Shown here piece after piece: positions 32,061 through 51,508 of a stretch of 64,000 nucleotides of DNA. The notes below the pieces were generated by a model. That model saw only the letters and a program-made list of their open reading frames with translations, ran no database searches and had not been told where the DNA came from. Source of the DNA: Macrostomum lignano (Eukaryota). Location: NCBI GenBank assembly GCA_002269645.1, contig NIVC01000442.1, forward strand, positions 30,767 to 94,766, given 5' to 3'. The stretch's first letter is position 1, and the number at the start of each line of letters is the position of its first letter. A program made the position numbers and the translations under genes.

Positions 32061-33757
32061 GGCTACGTAAAAGAGCTTGCCTCAAACGATGAAAGAAATG
32101 CGAGTCACATGATGCTGAGACATGTCACTACAGATAGTACATGCATACATTTTGAAAGATGGCTTGATATGAATAGTGAATAGCTACTTATTAAACGATA
32201 TCATTGATTAGGAAAGACTTTGCCTATTGAAGTCAGTTTAATGAAGATACTCCAGAGCGGGCAATAGATTGCAGAACAATAAGCAGGTGAGCTTCATTGT
32301 GAAGGCAATGAAGACAATGAAGAGGAGCCTGAATGATATCCCGTAGATAGAGATAGCTGAGCACAGCGTGAGCACAGCCTGCATTCAATAAGAAGAGGTT
32401 ATTTACGGTGAACCGGGGCCAACAGTAACCCACAGAACCAGCTGCTATTAGGAAATGAAATTCCAAGGTCGATGAGGATAAGTAAGCGTACTTATAAAGA
32501 TGAAAACAATACAAGTAATTAAAATTTTCTTGATGAAAGAGAGATAGAGATCCAATGGAGAGGAAGAATTAAAAATTTTTATGGCTGTTCAGGCTCACAG
32601 TAATCTGCCAATCTCCAGTGCTCAATCAGAGAAACCCTTCTTAGACAAAAGCGGCTGCTTTTGCTGCCCAGATACTGCTGCGAGCTTCTCGTGGCTTCTA
32701 GCTAGGGATCCGCAGTTCAGGCCCCGGGTTTCCTATGTCATTGTGTTGCACCATTAATTACACATCAACTTTAACTGTCAGCATCCAGAATTTGGACCCG
32801 CGGATGCCAAATTAGCACCATGTTTTCTCCAAGCTGGATTGTCATTTAATTGAAGCTCCTTATTTTTAAGGCTTGCTTAAACGGCTCGTGATATCGGCTA
32901 GAATCATTGTAGCACAATTCAACTGTTTAAAAGCGTGAATCGCGTATTGGCTAGAGAGTCATTTAATGCACGAGAAATATATTTCGTGATTACATTCTTC
33001 CGTGATTTTCCGTGCAGGAATAGATGTCTGTTGTCAAATCTCACTGAGAAAGCATTAGGCACAGAAACGCATTCCAACACGGTTTTGTGAATTGCTGCAC
33101 GATGACTCATTCGAAAATGGGATTCATTCACGTTCACTCGTGCGCGAAGGACATCGTGCACTCGCGAACGTGCAGTAATCATTCAATGTTGTAACAGGTG
33201 TCTTAAAAAAGCATTGCTTTGTTGCATGCCGTTGCTTGCATTTTCTTGTGTTAGTGATGCAATAACACTTTTTCAGTTGCTACAGCTCTTTGCAGAAGTT
33301 TCTGTTGTCTGTGGCAAAGCAGGAAGCAACCAAAATGCAAACTCACCCCAACTTTTATCTGCTCTAACATGACAGCAGCTTCAAAAACTCCGGTTCTATG
33401 GAAAAGTCCGAGACTGCGTATAACTGCAGATGGACTTTCGGCCATAGAACTGAATTCAGCGGGTATTAAAAAATTTAACCTCTTGAAACACTCTGCAGAA
33501 CAGAACAGAACACATCGGGTTGAGCGGCTTGGGAGTCTGGGACGAAGCCTCCACTTTAGCACCATAGAGAAATTTTCATTAAGAAAGCCATCGACATTTG
33601 TAGAAAACAATTTAAGAAGTAGCTAGGGAGAGGAAAAGGACACTCTGAAGCAAATTAGAAAACCCTATAATGGAGAGCTTTCAATTTTTCGACTGTGATT
33701 TAGCCTGGCTTGATTCACAAATCACTAATCAAGAAGCTCCGACCGCTGCTGCTGCTA

Positions 33758-34528
33758 CACCATTTTACCCTCGATTTTGAACAAGGAGAACTTCGAAACC
33801 GACAAACTCCTCTTCAATATTGACACTCTATGGTCGGGCACTCAAAATCTACAATCAATATTGACAGATCAAGCTTCAATTTTGACAATGCACGTTTAGT
33901 CAACTTCTCCTGGGAGAATTCGGTAACAAAGTAATCCAATGAAAGCCTGAACGGGGCTGAAGTGAGCTGTGCAAAATCAGCTTATTCTGACTTTGCTTTT
34001 TGGATCTACAAGTATTGATAAAATTTATTTTTCTCCATCCTTTACACACAGAGACTAAAATAGCCTGACTGGTTGGGCTGCAAAGTCCGATTCCATTTTG
34101 ACAGAGTTGCTTCAAAACTGACACTCTATGGTTTGTGTACCCAAAAAGTCCGCTTCATTTTTGACAACTCCGAATCAATATTGAACAGTTTACAATCGAT
34201 TTTGACTAAGACATTTTTAAAAATATATTTTGACAATTTTTAATAAGATTTCTCTCTTGACGGGGGTACTTGCTATTTGGGAGAGGGGGTACTGGCTGCA
34301 TGTATCTACGAGTACATGTATGGGAATCTTTCTATCCAGGCTTTCATTGGATTACTTTGTTACCGAATTCTCCCAGGAGAAGTTGACTAAACGTGCATTG
34401 TCAAAATTGAAGCTTGATCTGTCAATATTGATTGTAGATTTTGAGTGCCCGATCATAGAGTGTCAATATTGAAGAGGAGTTTGTCAGTTTCGAAGTTCTC
34501 CTTGTTCAAAATCAAGGGTAAAATGGTG
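33758..34528. mobile_element. Foldback DNA element with ~192-bp TIRs and TA flanks
   Basis: 33758-33949 matches the reverse complement of 34337-34528 with about 3 mismatches; TA|CACCATTTTACCC...GGGTAAAATGGTG|TA. Confidence 0.88.
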
Positions 34529-34859
34529 TACTAATCAAGAGGCTACCTCGGCTACTAATCAACGATTCGCAACGTTCAACGAAGAACATGTTGTCTTTAT
34601 TCCTATTTCTACTTCCGGTTTTCATCCGAAATGGTAAACTATGTTTTACGACTTAAAATGCATAGTTCTTTGTTTGATTCAAAGGTTCCTAAGTAAATCT
34701 TAATTTGTTGCAACCCGTTTGGTTCATAGGGTTCATATAATACTCGTATATAATACCAAACGAAAGACAATTAAAAATCAAGACTTCCTACAAAAAAGAA
34801 AAGCCTAGATATACGCAACATTAGTGTTTCTCGAGGTTAATGATGATATGTAGAGCTCT

Positions 34860-38386
<3,527 letters not shown>

Positions 38387-39281
38387 GCACATACCCATTG
38401 AGAGGAAGTTCCACAATTGATATTTAAAATCGCCCCCTTTTTTGAGACACCCGCTATAACAGGCTCCCCTCTGGCCGTTGACATTTAAGCCCTTAAAACC
38501 GACTATTGAACCCCTCATTTATTGCATAAGAAGCCTAGCAATAGTCTATGGTCAAGCTTAAGTCGAATATCTTACTTAAAATGCGGCTGAATCAATAGTC
38601 GAGGCAGCGCACTAGTGGCCCAGACCAAGGAGGTCTATAATTAGCAACCTGATTGCTAATTTTAGAACTCCTTGCCCAGACATTTAAGCAAGAAAAACCG
38701 ACTATTGAACCCTCAATAACTTTATAATTACTGAGATTTCAAGACTTCTACCAATATCTATTGCAAGATTCTCAGTTAATCTGTAAGCATGGAGTCTGCA
38801 GACTGCCGTGGATCTAACCAGGGAACTATTGGGAAGTGACTCAGGCCCAGTGTCACCGAAGGCGTTGCGCCAGGGTGTCTCCCTCCCAGCCCACCAGAAA
38901 TGATTATTAAAGTTCACAGCATTCTTGAATTTATTTTTCCGGTCCTGAACCCAATTTCAACCCAATGTGTAGTTGGGGAGATGAAGCAGTTCAAGAGCCC
39001 TTCTACCTGGGGACGAGCAGAGTTGAATTGCACCGCAACGCCTTAGTTAGAGCACTGAAGTAGGCAAATTTAATTTTTCCCCGACTGCACGGCTATAGAG
39101 AAGACAACCTATTGACACGTGTAGAAGCATCTCTCATGCTCTCATAAACATTCCACACGCTGGTGCGATGCGGGTAGGCTAAGCAGCTCCTGAGAACTGC
39201 ATGACAAAGCATTGAAAAGCATCGATGCTTTGTTTCAAAAAATGTCATCAACTCTTGTCAAGTCAGAGTGGGTAAAATATA

Positions 39282-39810
39282 TAGCATTTTGCAGTCAAGC
39301 CCGAACTGCGGGCATTCAAATTAGACAAGAAGGGAAGAGCCAAATTTCAGAATCCGTCCCCAAGTCAAGCAGAACTTTATGTCTGTGGCACAAACTGAAA
39401 CACACTGACGGGCACTCAATTTAGACAACGGGCATTCAAATTAGACAAGCAGCGGAAAGTCTATGTGTGCCAGAGAGAAAGACCATGGACAATCCGATTC
39501 GTCGCTATGCAAGAATTTCCAGAGAGAAGCGTGACCTCATTATTGGGGCATGCCAACGTGGTGACTCTGTGGCTGAAATTGCCAACATGTTGGATGTCAA
39601 GAGATCATCAGTGTACAACAGACGCAACACGATCTTGAATTGCCCAGCCAATGCGCCTGAGAACTTGTCTAATTTGAATGCCCCTTGTCTAAATTGAGTG
39701 CCCACCAGTGTGATTTTGTCTAGGCCATAGATAGCATTTGTGCCAGCAGTGAGATCTGGTCAAGCGTCTAATTTGAATGCCCGCAGCTCAAACTTGACTG
39801 CAAAATGCTA
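39282..39810 (+). mobile_element. 529-bp internally deleted Tc1/IS630-like element with TA TSD
   Basis: Perfect 18-bp TIR TAGCATTTTGCAGTCAAG (45 bp with 4 mismatches); TA duplication supported by the empty site at 35751-35756; internal HTH ORF RISREKRDLIIGACQRGDSVAEIANMLDVKRSSVYN. Confidence 0.92.
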
Positions 39811-40245
39811 TAATAAACACGAAGGCATGCAGCTGGCACTCCTCCTGCCTGAGTGCAGATTGTGCAGCTGGCGGCATCAAATCAACTTAATCTAACAGAA
39901 TAGAGTTTGCTCCATAGGCTATTTTGTGTATATGTAAGCATTTACAATAAAATGACAAATGCACTAAGATGAGCTAAACAATTGTGTACACAGTTTTTCA
40001 ACAGGACATCTTATACTGAGAAAAAAACATTTTTCTATCGATTAGCTACGGATTAATACGACGTAGATATACTGTGGGGCATTTGCAGCAAATTGTGATC
40101 ATTGCTTCTCTGTGGTCTTTGCATTGATGTTATTGCTGCATGGCATTGTTGCAGACAGTCAAGCAATGCAAATGGAGCACGTCTGGCTTGTGCAGCCAAG
40201 CCCATAAACACCCGTGCGCTACACCTGTCGTGTCTTAGTGCCTCA

Positions 40246-42248
<2,003 letters not shown>

Positions 42249-44079
42249 AAGAACAAAAAACAGTTATTAAAAAGGACAAAGACAAGTAAGCGCTCGGTTG
42301 CGATACGGCTTTAACAAGCCCAAGAATTTCGACCAGCCTGTTCAGTTGAAGGGGGCTTTTTAGAATCAAACGCTGGAGTCGTTAGAGCAGCGTATAATCT
42401 GCAGGCGGGGCTGGATCCGGTCTATCCAGGCCAGCTGGGAGACACAGGGTAGTGCGGTTGGGCAGTTGGTACCGCAGGCCAGGCAGCCACTTTGCAATGA
42501 GCGTGTTAAAAATATGAATATTATTCATAGCATACAATCACAAGCTAGCACACGCTCGTATAAGTGCACACATTTTGGTGCAGGCGCACTAGAAAGCTCA
42601 GAAAACCGCCCCCAAGCCCTCCTCCCCCCCAGTCCTCTGGTGTACATTCAAACAAAAAGGTTTTGTGCACGCCTGCTAAGAATTTTTTCTATACCCTCTT
42701 AGTTTGTATATTCCCTCAGCGCGACCAAACGGCTGTAAACAGGCTGAAACAGTCTGAGACGGGCGGAGGGGCGAGGAAGGGCACTTCAGGTGTCAATAGG
42801 GCCTCCTCCTTCTCCTAATACTAAAACCGACGCGATGTTTGTCTGTCTGTATGTCTGTCTGTCTGTATGTAGCAAGTGAACTCCTACAATTCTGCCAAGT
42901 CAACGTCGAAACTTATATGGGAAAACTGCAAATTTTCCGGAGCAGGCTTTAGGCTATTTTAATTTTTAATTTTCACATTTTAACATCCCTAAAAAAGCAG
43001 AAAACTGCTTTTTTAACCCCCAATAACCTTCTTTGGTCACTCTGCCTGGGGCTTCAGCCAGTTTGTAAAAATAGCCACCCCAACCTCCGCCCGCGGGCCG
43101 CTGTGTATTGAGGGGTGGTGGGTGCGCGTGTTCTGCGTTCAATGCAAATAAAACCCCCGCGTGTTGGGGGGGTCGAGTTAAATTTAATGCTTCCCCCAGA
43201 ACGGGGGTTGGGCTTGGGCTGAGTGTACATAGCAGTTGTACAGTGTAAATAGATAGACTGTGTCGAAATTCATTTGGTTTTATTATCGGCGCCTTTTTTC
43301 TCCATAGGCAGCCAGCCCTGTGTATTAGCTTGGCAGTGAAATTCAATGAATTGCGACTGCGAGCTTCTCTAGCAAGCAGTCGGGAAATCGGTAAATTTCA
43401 AACGCTAACTGTTCCTCGAGTTTTAAACTTTGAGAGGAGAGACTTATATTGCTGGAAAGATCTTGCAACGCTGAGTTTGGGGATATAAGTTGTTTGCTTT
43501 ATATATGAAAAGAAAAAGCACAGCATTTGAAAAACTATTTTCATACTTTTAACTTTCTGCAAAGATTGTACTTAGTTTTGCGAGACGTAATAGATAAAGT
43601 TGGGGGAGGGTTCAACTTCTCACTGCTGCTGTGTATTGGAGGGTTGATTTAGATTGCGCAACTGTTTATTTAACTTTAAATAAGACTGATACTGTCTGAC
43701 TGAGAAATGGTTTGCGCAATTAATTGATTCAATTAATTCAACACGCAGCTCTGTGCAGCTCGAACCCTAACCCTAACCAATGAATTCTGAAAGTTAAGTT
43801 CTTTTTGACAGAGAAAATTTCGATTGAGTCCAGTTTCACGGAGTATTCTGATGGTTTTCGGTTTCACGGAGAGGATTTATTTTTCGTGGAGAGAATTTAG
43901 ATGTATTTCTGTTTTACGGAGACGATTTTGATGGATGTCAGTTTCACTCAGAGGATTTCCATGGAGCCCAGTTTCACGGAGAGGATTTCTGTTTCGCGGA
44001 GAGGATTTCTGTTTCGCGGAGAGGATTTCTGTTTCACGGAGGGATTTTGATGGATTTGGTATCTTCAGTCAGTCAGTAA

Positions 44080-44500
44080 AGAGAGTAAAGAGAAGAGTGA
44101 AAAGAGAATAGAGAAGAGATTATAGAAGAGAGTAGAGATGAGAGAGGACAGATTAGACATGACAGATGGGAGAGAAGAGGGGAGTAAGGCGGGAACGAAG
44201 AGGGAGAGAGAAGAAAAGAGGAGAGAGGAGATGAGAGGGAATATATGAGATAGCAGAGGGAGACAGGAGAGATGAGAGGAGAGAGAAGAGAGGAGCTGAG
44301 AGTAGAGGAGAAAGAAATAGTGAGATGAGGCATGAGGGATGAGAGATGAGAGAGGAGAGAAGAGAGGAGAGAGGAGAGAGGAGAAAACAGGGGATAAAGG
44401 AGACAGAAGAGAAAGACGAAAGACGAGGGAGAAGAGATAAATAAGGTGGTAGAGATGAGAGACGTGAGAGGAGAGAAAAGAGAAGAGAGGAGACAGAAGA
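44080..44500. repeat. Degenerate GA-rich low-complexity tract
   Basis: Purine-rich, no fixed period. Confidence 0.85.
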
Positions 44501-45029
44501 ATCTGAGTCTGGACAATGGCAGTCAGTTTTTGCGAACAGGGAAAACAAGATATGGTATTTGAAAGGCTTTACAGAGGATTTGGAGATGATTTGGAAGATG
44601 GGATTCAAGTCATGGAATTTCAGCTGATGGATTTCAGGGAATGGAATTCCGGTGATGGGAGTTCTTCCCCTTTCTCCTCCAGAGGAGGAGTTGGCCTCGT
44701 GTATTATAAATTTATAAACCTAAATATATAACAAGCCCTGGGCAGACCGTAGAGGGTGGGGCCAGACGGGCATAAAACACCATAAGTATGAAGTAATGTT
44801 GACAATCGGTCAGGAATTAAAAATCTTGGGCGGCGGGGTATTTTACTGGTATTTTGTGTGTTCGTCCTGTTCACACACTTCTTTAGATGTACGAAGCAAA
44901 GCGCTTTAACAAAACAAAACTGCAAAATTCACTAACTTGAAAGTTTGTTTCGCTAATTCGCTTTGTAACTTTAGTCACTTTGCAACTTTGGCGAAAACCA
45001 TTTTCTACGTTTTGAGATAATTTGAGAAA

Positions 45030-46145
45030 ATTCTATAGTTTGTGAGGATTCTACAGTTTGTGAAGATTCTAGAGTTCGTGAAGATTATATAGTTTGTGAG
45101 GTTCCATAGTTCGTGAAGATTATATAGTTTGTGAAGATTCTATAGTTTGTGAGGATTCTACAGTTTGTGAAGATTCTATAGTTTGTGAAGATTCTAGAGT
45201 TCGTGAAGATTATATAGTTTGTGAGGTTCCATAGTTCGTGAAGATTCTATAGTTTGTGAAGATTCTAGAGTTCGTGAAGATTATATAGTTTGTGAGGTTC
45301 CATAGTTCGTGAAGATTCTATAGTTTGTGAGGATTCTACAGTTTGTGAAGATTCTAGAGTTCGTGAAGATTATATAGTTTGTGAGGTTCCATAGTTCGTG
45401 AAGATTCTATAGTTTGTGAAGATTCTATAGTTTGTGAGGATTCTACAGTTTGTGAAGATTCTATAGTTTGTGAAGATTCTAGAGTTCGTGAAGATTATAT
45501 AGTTTGTGAGGTTCCATAGTTCGTGAAGATTCTATAGTGTGTGAAGATTCTATAGTTTGTGAGGATTCTACAGTTTGTGAAGATTCTATAGTTTGTGAAG
45601 ATTCTATAGTTTGTGAAGATTCTATAGTTTGTGAAGATTCTATAGTTTGTGAAGATTCTATAGTTTGTGAAGATTCTATAGTTTGTGACGATTCTATAGT
45701 TCGTGACGATTCTACAGTTTGTGAAGATTCTACAGTTCGTGAAGATTCTACGGCTCGTGAAGATTCTATAGTTTGTGAAGATTCTACAGTTCGTGAAGAT
45801 TCTACGGCTCGTGATGATTCTATAGTTTGTGAAGATTCTACAGTTGGTGAAGATTCTACAGTTCGTGAAGGGTTGCTTTCACAAGCTCGAAATTTCACAA
45901 CCTCGAAAATTTTAGCAGCTTATGAAGTCGCCTATTCTACAAAGATTCTACAGTTTGTGAAGATTATATAGTTTGTGAAGATTCTACAGTTTGTGAGGAT
46001 TCTACAGTTTGTGAGGATTCTATAGTTTGTGAGGATTCTATAGTTTGTGAAGATTCTATAGTTTGTGAGGATTCTATAGTTCGTGAAGATTCTACAGTTT
46101 GTGAGGATTCTATAGTTCGTGAAGATTCTATAGTTTGTCAAGATT
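45030..46145. repeat. 18-bp tandem repeat TCTA(T/C)AGTTTGTGAAGAT
   Basis: More than 50 copies; interrupted at 45871-45935 by an inverted MITE-end motif. Confidence 0.95.
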
Positions 46146-46168
46146 CTATATTAGTTTCAAATTTCAAG

Positions 46169-46510
46169 TTCCATGATTTATAAACACAAGATTCTCCAAG
46201 TTCCATGATTTATAAACACAAGATTCTCCAAGATCCATGATTTATAAACACAATATTCTCCAAGTTCCATGATTTATAAACACAAGATTCTCCAAGTTCC
46301 ATGATTTATAAACACAAGATTCTCCAAGTTCCATGATTTATAAACACAATATTCTCCAAGTTCCATGATTTATAAACACAAGATTCTCCAAGTTCCATGA
46401 TCTATAAACACAATATTCTCCAAGTTCCATGATTTATAAACACAATATTCTCCAAGTTCCATGATTTATAAACACAATATTCTCCAAGTTCCATGATCTA
46501 TAAACACACA
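46169..46510. repeat. 32-bp tandem repeat TTCCATGATTTATAAACACAAGATTCTCCAAG
   Basis: Period 32 (46169/46201); about 10.5 copies. Confidence 0.96.
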
Positions 46511-47228
46511 AAATTCTTGGCTCTTAAAAACCGCATTTTACAAAGCTCTGTACCTGCTCAGCAAGTGTGATACTCTGGGTCCCGAATCGTTCCAATAGAA
46601 GAGCAATTGTGAATGGATTTTGGGAGAACAATTAGTTCTTTCCTTCCAGCAGAGGAAACGGTTCATCAACTCCCTGAAGAACGCCAATACCGAAGGCAAA
46701 TAACTATGCGTAATGAAGAGGGCAGATCTTCGCTCAACCGGGCAAAAAGAAAGGAGTTGCTGCTTAAGAAATAAAGGTCAGGCTATGAACTAGCAAACAA
46801 AGGAGCAGTGAAAAAGCCAGCAATATCCTGCGGCGGTTGCGGTCTAGCAAGCAGGCTAAACTACCTGCCTACCAGTCTGTTGACGCAGTGGCAAGCCATA
46901 AGTGAAAACACTTACATGTGAACTGGCAAAGTTCAGCTCAGCCCAACTCCCAAATAATGACACGCTTTCCCTAGAGTCGGGAGAGGGGGTTGAGGATCTG
47001 TCAGCTTCAATTCCGTGCTCATGCTCAGCCACATTAATTTGGGACTCGTGAACAAAAATTGCTGTTGACCTGTGGCTTGTGCTATTTCAACCTCCGGGGT
47101 GCAGAGAGTGCAACACGCCTGCCGAAGAGTCTGATGAGACAGCCAGACAGGGTGCTGTACACCTTGTCTGAGCGAGTGCCTGCTCAGGGTCACAGTGGAA
47201 TGGGCCGGACTGCTTGCCTCGGGGTGCC

Positions 47229-47326
47229 TTTCACAAGCTCGAAATTTCAAAAAGTCGAAAACTCTATATATTCTAACAAGAACCATGCAGTAGTTTTTGA
47301 CGTTGTGAAAATTCGAGTTTGTGAAA
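47229..47326. mobile_element. Short MITE (TTTCACAAGCTCGAAATTTC...TTCGAGTTTGTGAAA)
   Basis: Imperfect terminal inverted repeats; same family as 56636-56904 and 45875-45910. Confidence 0.6.
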
Positions 47327-47474
47327 CCCGGTATTTGGCCATTGTCACCATCGGAACATCCATAATTACGAGTAGAGATTACTGCATCTAACAGACACCA
47401 TGAGTCACAGGTTATAGAGAAATTTATTATAGCTTTCTGTCCCCGATTGAACCAAATCTAATAATGCTGCTCAC

Positions 47475-47947
47475 CTGGAGAAGGCCAAGCCGCACACCGG
47501 GCAGCCGTAGGGCCGGCGGCCACTGTGCAATCGGGCGTGCCGGCTGAGCATGTCACCACGGGTGAACGAGCGGCCGCACACGCTGCACACGTACTGGCTG
47601 TTGCCGCCGCAACCACTGCGCTGAGGCTCTTCTACAGGAGGGAACACGAACCGGCATTCGATTGTCACAGGAACCTGCTGCTGCTGCTGCGGCTGCGGCT
47701 GCTGCAACAGCAACAGCTGCAAAGGCGTCAGCGGAGCGCCCTGACTGCCAGCGCTTGTCGAATAGTTCTGCGGCGAAACCAGCGGCGGCGGCGACTGGGA
47801 CGAAGACGAGGACGACTGCCGGCGAGTAGATTCGGTCTCGACGTTTTCAGAGGCAGCCAGCGCCAAGTCGGACAGGTACCGATCGCGCAGGTACTTCTTG
47901 AACCCGGCTCTACAGGCCGCTTTGCTCTGCTTGCATTGCTGCTGCAT
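47475..47947 (-). CDS. klu: klumpfuss-like (EGR/WT1-related) C2H2 zinc-finger gene, first identified coding exon
   Basis: ATG at 47947 (the track start at 47953 is GTG; an upstream exon is possible); YVCSVCGRSFTRGDMLSRHARLHSGRRPYGCPVCGLAFS-AG|gtgag. Spliced fingers RGDMLSR / RSDHLTT / [11 protein letters not shown] match the Klu C-terminal three-finger pattern. Confidence 0.85.
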
Positions 47948-50125
47948 CTGCACAGGTTTGCTCTAGGGAATCTGCTGCACAGGCTTTAGGCGGGCTTTTC
48001 TAAGCAGCCTGCTTGCAAATTGGCATTGCAACTTATACAGATATACTTCAGAAACTGAATCCTGACTGGTCTTCACAACTGCGCCAGCCTGCAACCAGTT
48101 GAACAGCCGGCCAAGCTGATTGGCTGTCGCAGACTCGCAACGCGTATTCATTGGCTTGAGAAGATCTTCTGTAGAACTGACGCGCTGTCTATGGGCGCAA
48201 TAGTGGCTACTATAAGTAGGCGTAGCGAGAATTTTGGCCTTTGTCATGCATGATTTTTTGTTATTTAAAGCATAGACGTTTTGATAACCTACCTCAGCCA
48301 AGATCATAAAAATCAACTCAACCCATGCGAACCACAGCTCAAATTCCTGTGGTCTTTAGCACCAAAAAGATCGCAAGATTTGTGACCAATCTGAAATCCA
48401 GTGTGCCTTGACCTCGAAATTTAATTGTTCTGATGACCAGAGCATTTCCAACATAGAAAAGACCAAACGACACATGTTAGCGAAGTTAGAGAACACTGGC
48501 TAAAAACTCTGCCATTAATGAACATCTGCTACCTGCAAGAGCTGCTGTGATGAACCACACGAAATGATTTACTATAGAATTTTGTAAGAACGATAAAAAA
48601 ACTTACTTATTAGCGACTATGTACATTAAAGCTCAACAACCTACTCTAAACAACCAGCTCGCCATGGGGGTGCTATGCTAGCCATCAACTTCAACTTTTT
48701 AGCACACTTAAAGACTGGACTAATTTGATATGTACCACGCCTTTCCAGCCAAACTTGTGTACCCAGTTTTGTACTTAAATTTTATTCCTTTGTCAACTGT
48801 CACAATTTCTCAAATCAATATATATGAACAATTTCAAATTTCATTGATTAAATTTAATTTTTTAATTTCAATTTTAAAAGGTGGATTTCACAGACTTTTC
48901 TTAATAATGTTCACTTACAAAATAATATATAATATAGTGGGAAACCTTCAAGTAAGAAGCTTATAAATATTTTTTATCACTCCCAAGGGTCTTTTGTCTG
49001 AGCAAACTAATAGTTTGATCTAGTATATAGAGGGGGGATTGTCCTTTGTTTGGATTGACTAATTCAATTTATTAAATGGGAATAGTTTGGTTATCATATG
49101 AGATTTTCTATTATAAATGTAACAAATCAGAGTTTACTTAGGAGAAAGAATAACAAGTATCAAAAGTTAGGCAAATGAGAATGAGCATCTTGTTTGATTT
49201 AACAAAGGTTTCATGGGAAATATTTCCTTTGTACCTTGCTGCTCCCTATTTGCAAAGACTAGGTCCTAAGATCATATTTTAGCTTTTGCTAAAGCTATTG
49301 GTGCAGTATTTTAATTTGTTATGATATAAATTTAAATTAAATTATATTTAAATTTAAATATAATCTTTAGGTTCAAAAAAGATAATTTAAATAGCATAAA
49401 ATATAAGTAAAATATAAGAAAGATTTTAATTGGCATGTTCTACTTCTTTTAGCTAGGCCTACAATTTGCACCTATAAACTATAATTTGCAACTATATGGA
49501 CTTTATATTAGTCTTGATCTCCTAGGCTTTGCTATTCTTATATTCTTACAAATATAGTCAACCAATATACCGCAAATTGCCAAATGCCAAACTGAGTCTA
49601 ATTAGAAGACTAAAATATTTGTCAATATCAAAAAGTTTATGAAATTGCTATTCAAAATATGATAGGTAGACCTAAGAAAAGTTTTTTTTATTTGCATCTT
49701 GATTTATTTGCTACTGAGACATTTATATTAGTATGAGTAGATACAATTAGATATTAATTTTCAATATAGTTCTATTTATGAACTGAAGTTCATTTGTATC
49801 AAAATTTATAGCCACTACCAAGCTTAAGATATTATTATATGACCTAATTGGTTAAACATTTTATATTATATTTACAAAATTGGTTGGCAATTGTTAGAAC
49901 CAAATAACTTGTGTCAAAAGTATATGCAAATTGTCAAATCTATATTATAGCTTGTTAAAACTAGTTGAAAACCAAAGCTGTCATAATCAAAAAGTTTTAG
50001 AATTAGATGCAAGAAAATTTAGTTGCAAGTAGTTTAAAACTGAAAATGAAAAGGGTATAATTATATATTGTCTTATTTAGACCAATTCAAGTAGGAATTT
50101 TTTGCTTTTTGATTATAGTATAGAA

Positions 50126-51508
50126 CAGTGGTTCTCAACTTGTGGGTTGTGACCCCTAATGGGGTCGCATGACCATTTTCTGGGGGTTGTAGTACTAACA
50201 AATTTGTGAGTATCATGAGTATATAATACTTAATGATACATTATATTGATTATAAGGGTGCCAGTCATTTTGTCTATTGATAGTTTGTCTGCTGAGCAAA
50301 TGAAAAGTTTTCTCTTTCTAAAACTGTTTGTCTGCTGGGAAATGGGGTGGGGCCGGGGGATGTGGAGTGGGGTGGGGAGCTGCCCAACCCACAACCTCTT
50401 CATTAGCATTGTTAAACTGTTGTAGGGATGGTTGGTCTCTTCAAAATGAATCTCTTCAAAATATGTCATCTGTGCATAGAAATGCAAGTTCATTGTTCAT
50501 CAAATGCAAGGATCATTACACACAAGCCTTTAGAGTAACTTTTTCAATTTTGGCCTATAGCTGATATGATTGAAAGTCATAAATATAGGCTAAATAACTG
50601 ACTGGCTTGTATTATGATAAAAATCTATTTAAAACAGCTCACCTAAGGCTCAAAAGTCACATAGCTTGTATTGTTATCTTTTGCTGTAATCTTTTTCAGC
50701 TGTCTTATCTTTTTCAGCTGTCTGGCGTGGACAGCTGCAGGTGGATCCGCAGCAGCACTGGCGTGGAATGCTAGTAGATTGGCGGTGGCTGTTGGCACCT
50801 ACCAAGTTTGGTACCATGTATTTCATTTTGACAATTTTTTCACTGACATACACGTATATATACATATGCCTTTTCTTAAAAAGGGATTAAAAATGATAAT
50901 GTGATCAATTTTACTTTGCTTACCTTTTCCCATTTATAGCAGGAGCAAATCCAGTTAAATGTCATCGTCTTTTACAATCTGACAATAGGCTACTCCTTTT
51001 GGCTTATGCCTGAACTACATATTTGGTGCTGCTATTGACTGCACTCATCACATTGCAAAGCTTGCTACAAAAACACAGATGTCTTGCATCCAAGAAATTT
51101 TGAATGAGAATAACTATTTGTCAATATTTTTATCTTCATCAAATTTTTAACAGCTTCTGTTTTACTGTTTTAGTTTAGCTTTTTTATTTTAGGTTTATAT
51201 TGTAAAATAGTTTGTTAAAATGATGAAAGACCCCTATACATGCAGTGCTTTATATTTATAACAATGTTAATAGACAGAGAAGTTGTCCAGACAGATGCAG
51301 CTCCCCAGTCCCCAAGCTCCCCAGTCCCTACCCCACTCCTCATCCCCAGCCCATTTCCAACGTAGACAAACAGTTTTAGAAGGAAAGAGTATTTCATCTA
51401 CTCAGCAGACGAATGAACTAGAAACTGATTATAAAAGGGGTCGCAAACATAAAAAAAATGATGCAAGTGAATAAATTAAGGTCACCTTAAAAAGGTTGAG
51501 AACTACTA
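50126..51508. mobile_element. Non-autonomous hAT (Charlie/Buster-type) element, 1.38 kb
   Basis: TIR CAGTGGTTCTCAAC / GTTGAGAACTACTA; GGGGTCGC subterminal motifs; 8-bp TSD GTATAGAA / GTATATAA (1 mismatch). Confidence 0.8.

Noticed and set aside
32919-33626. ORFs of 85-119 aa in the klu intron
   Set aside because: No recognisable domain or convincing splice context; possibly decayed TE sequence.
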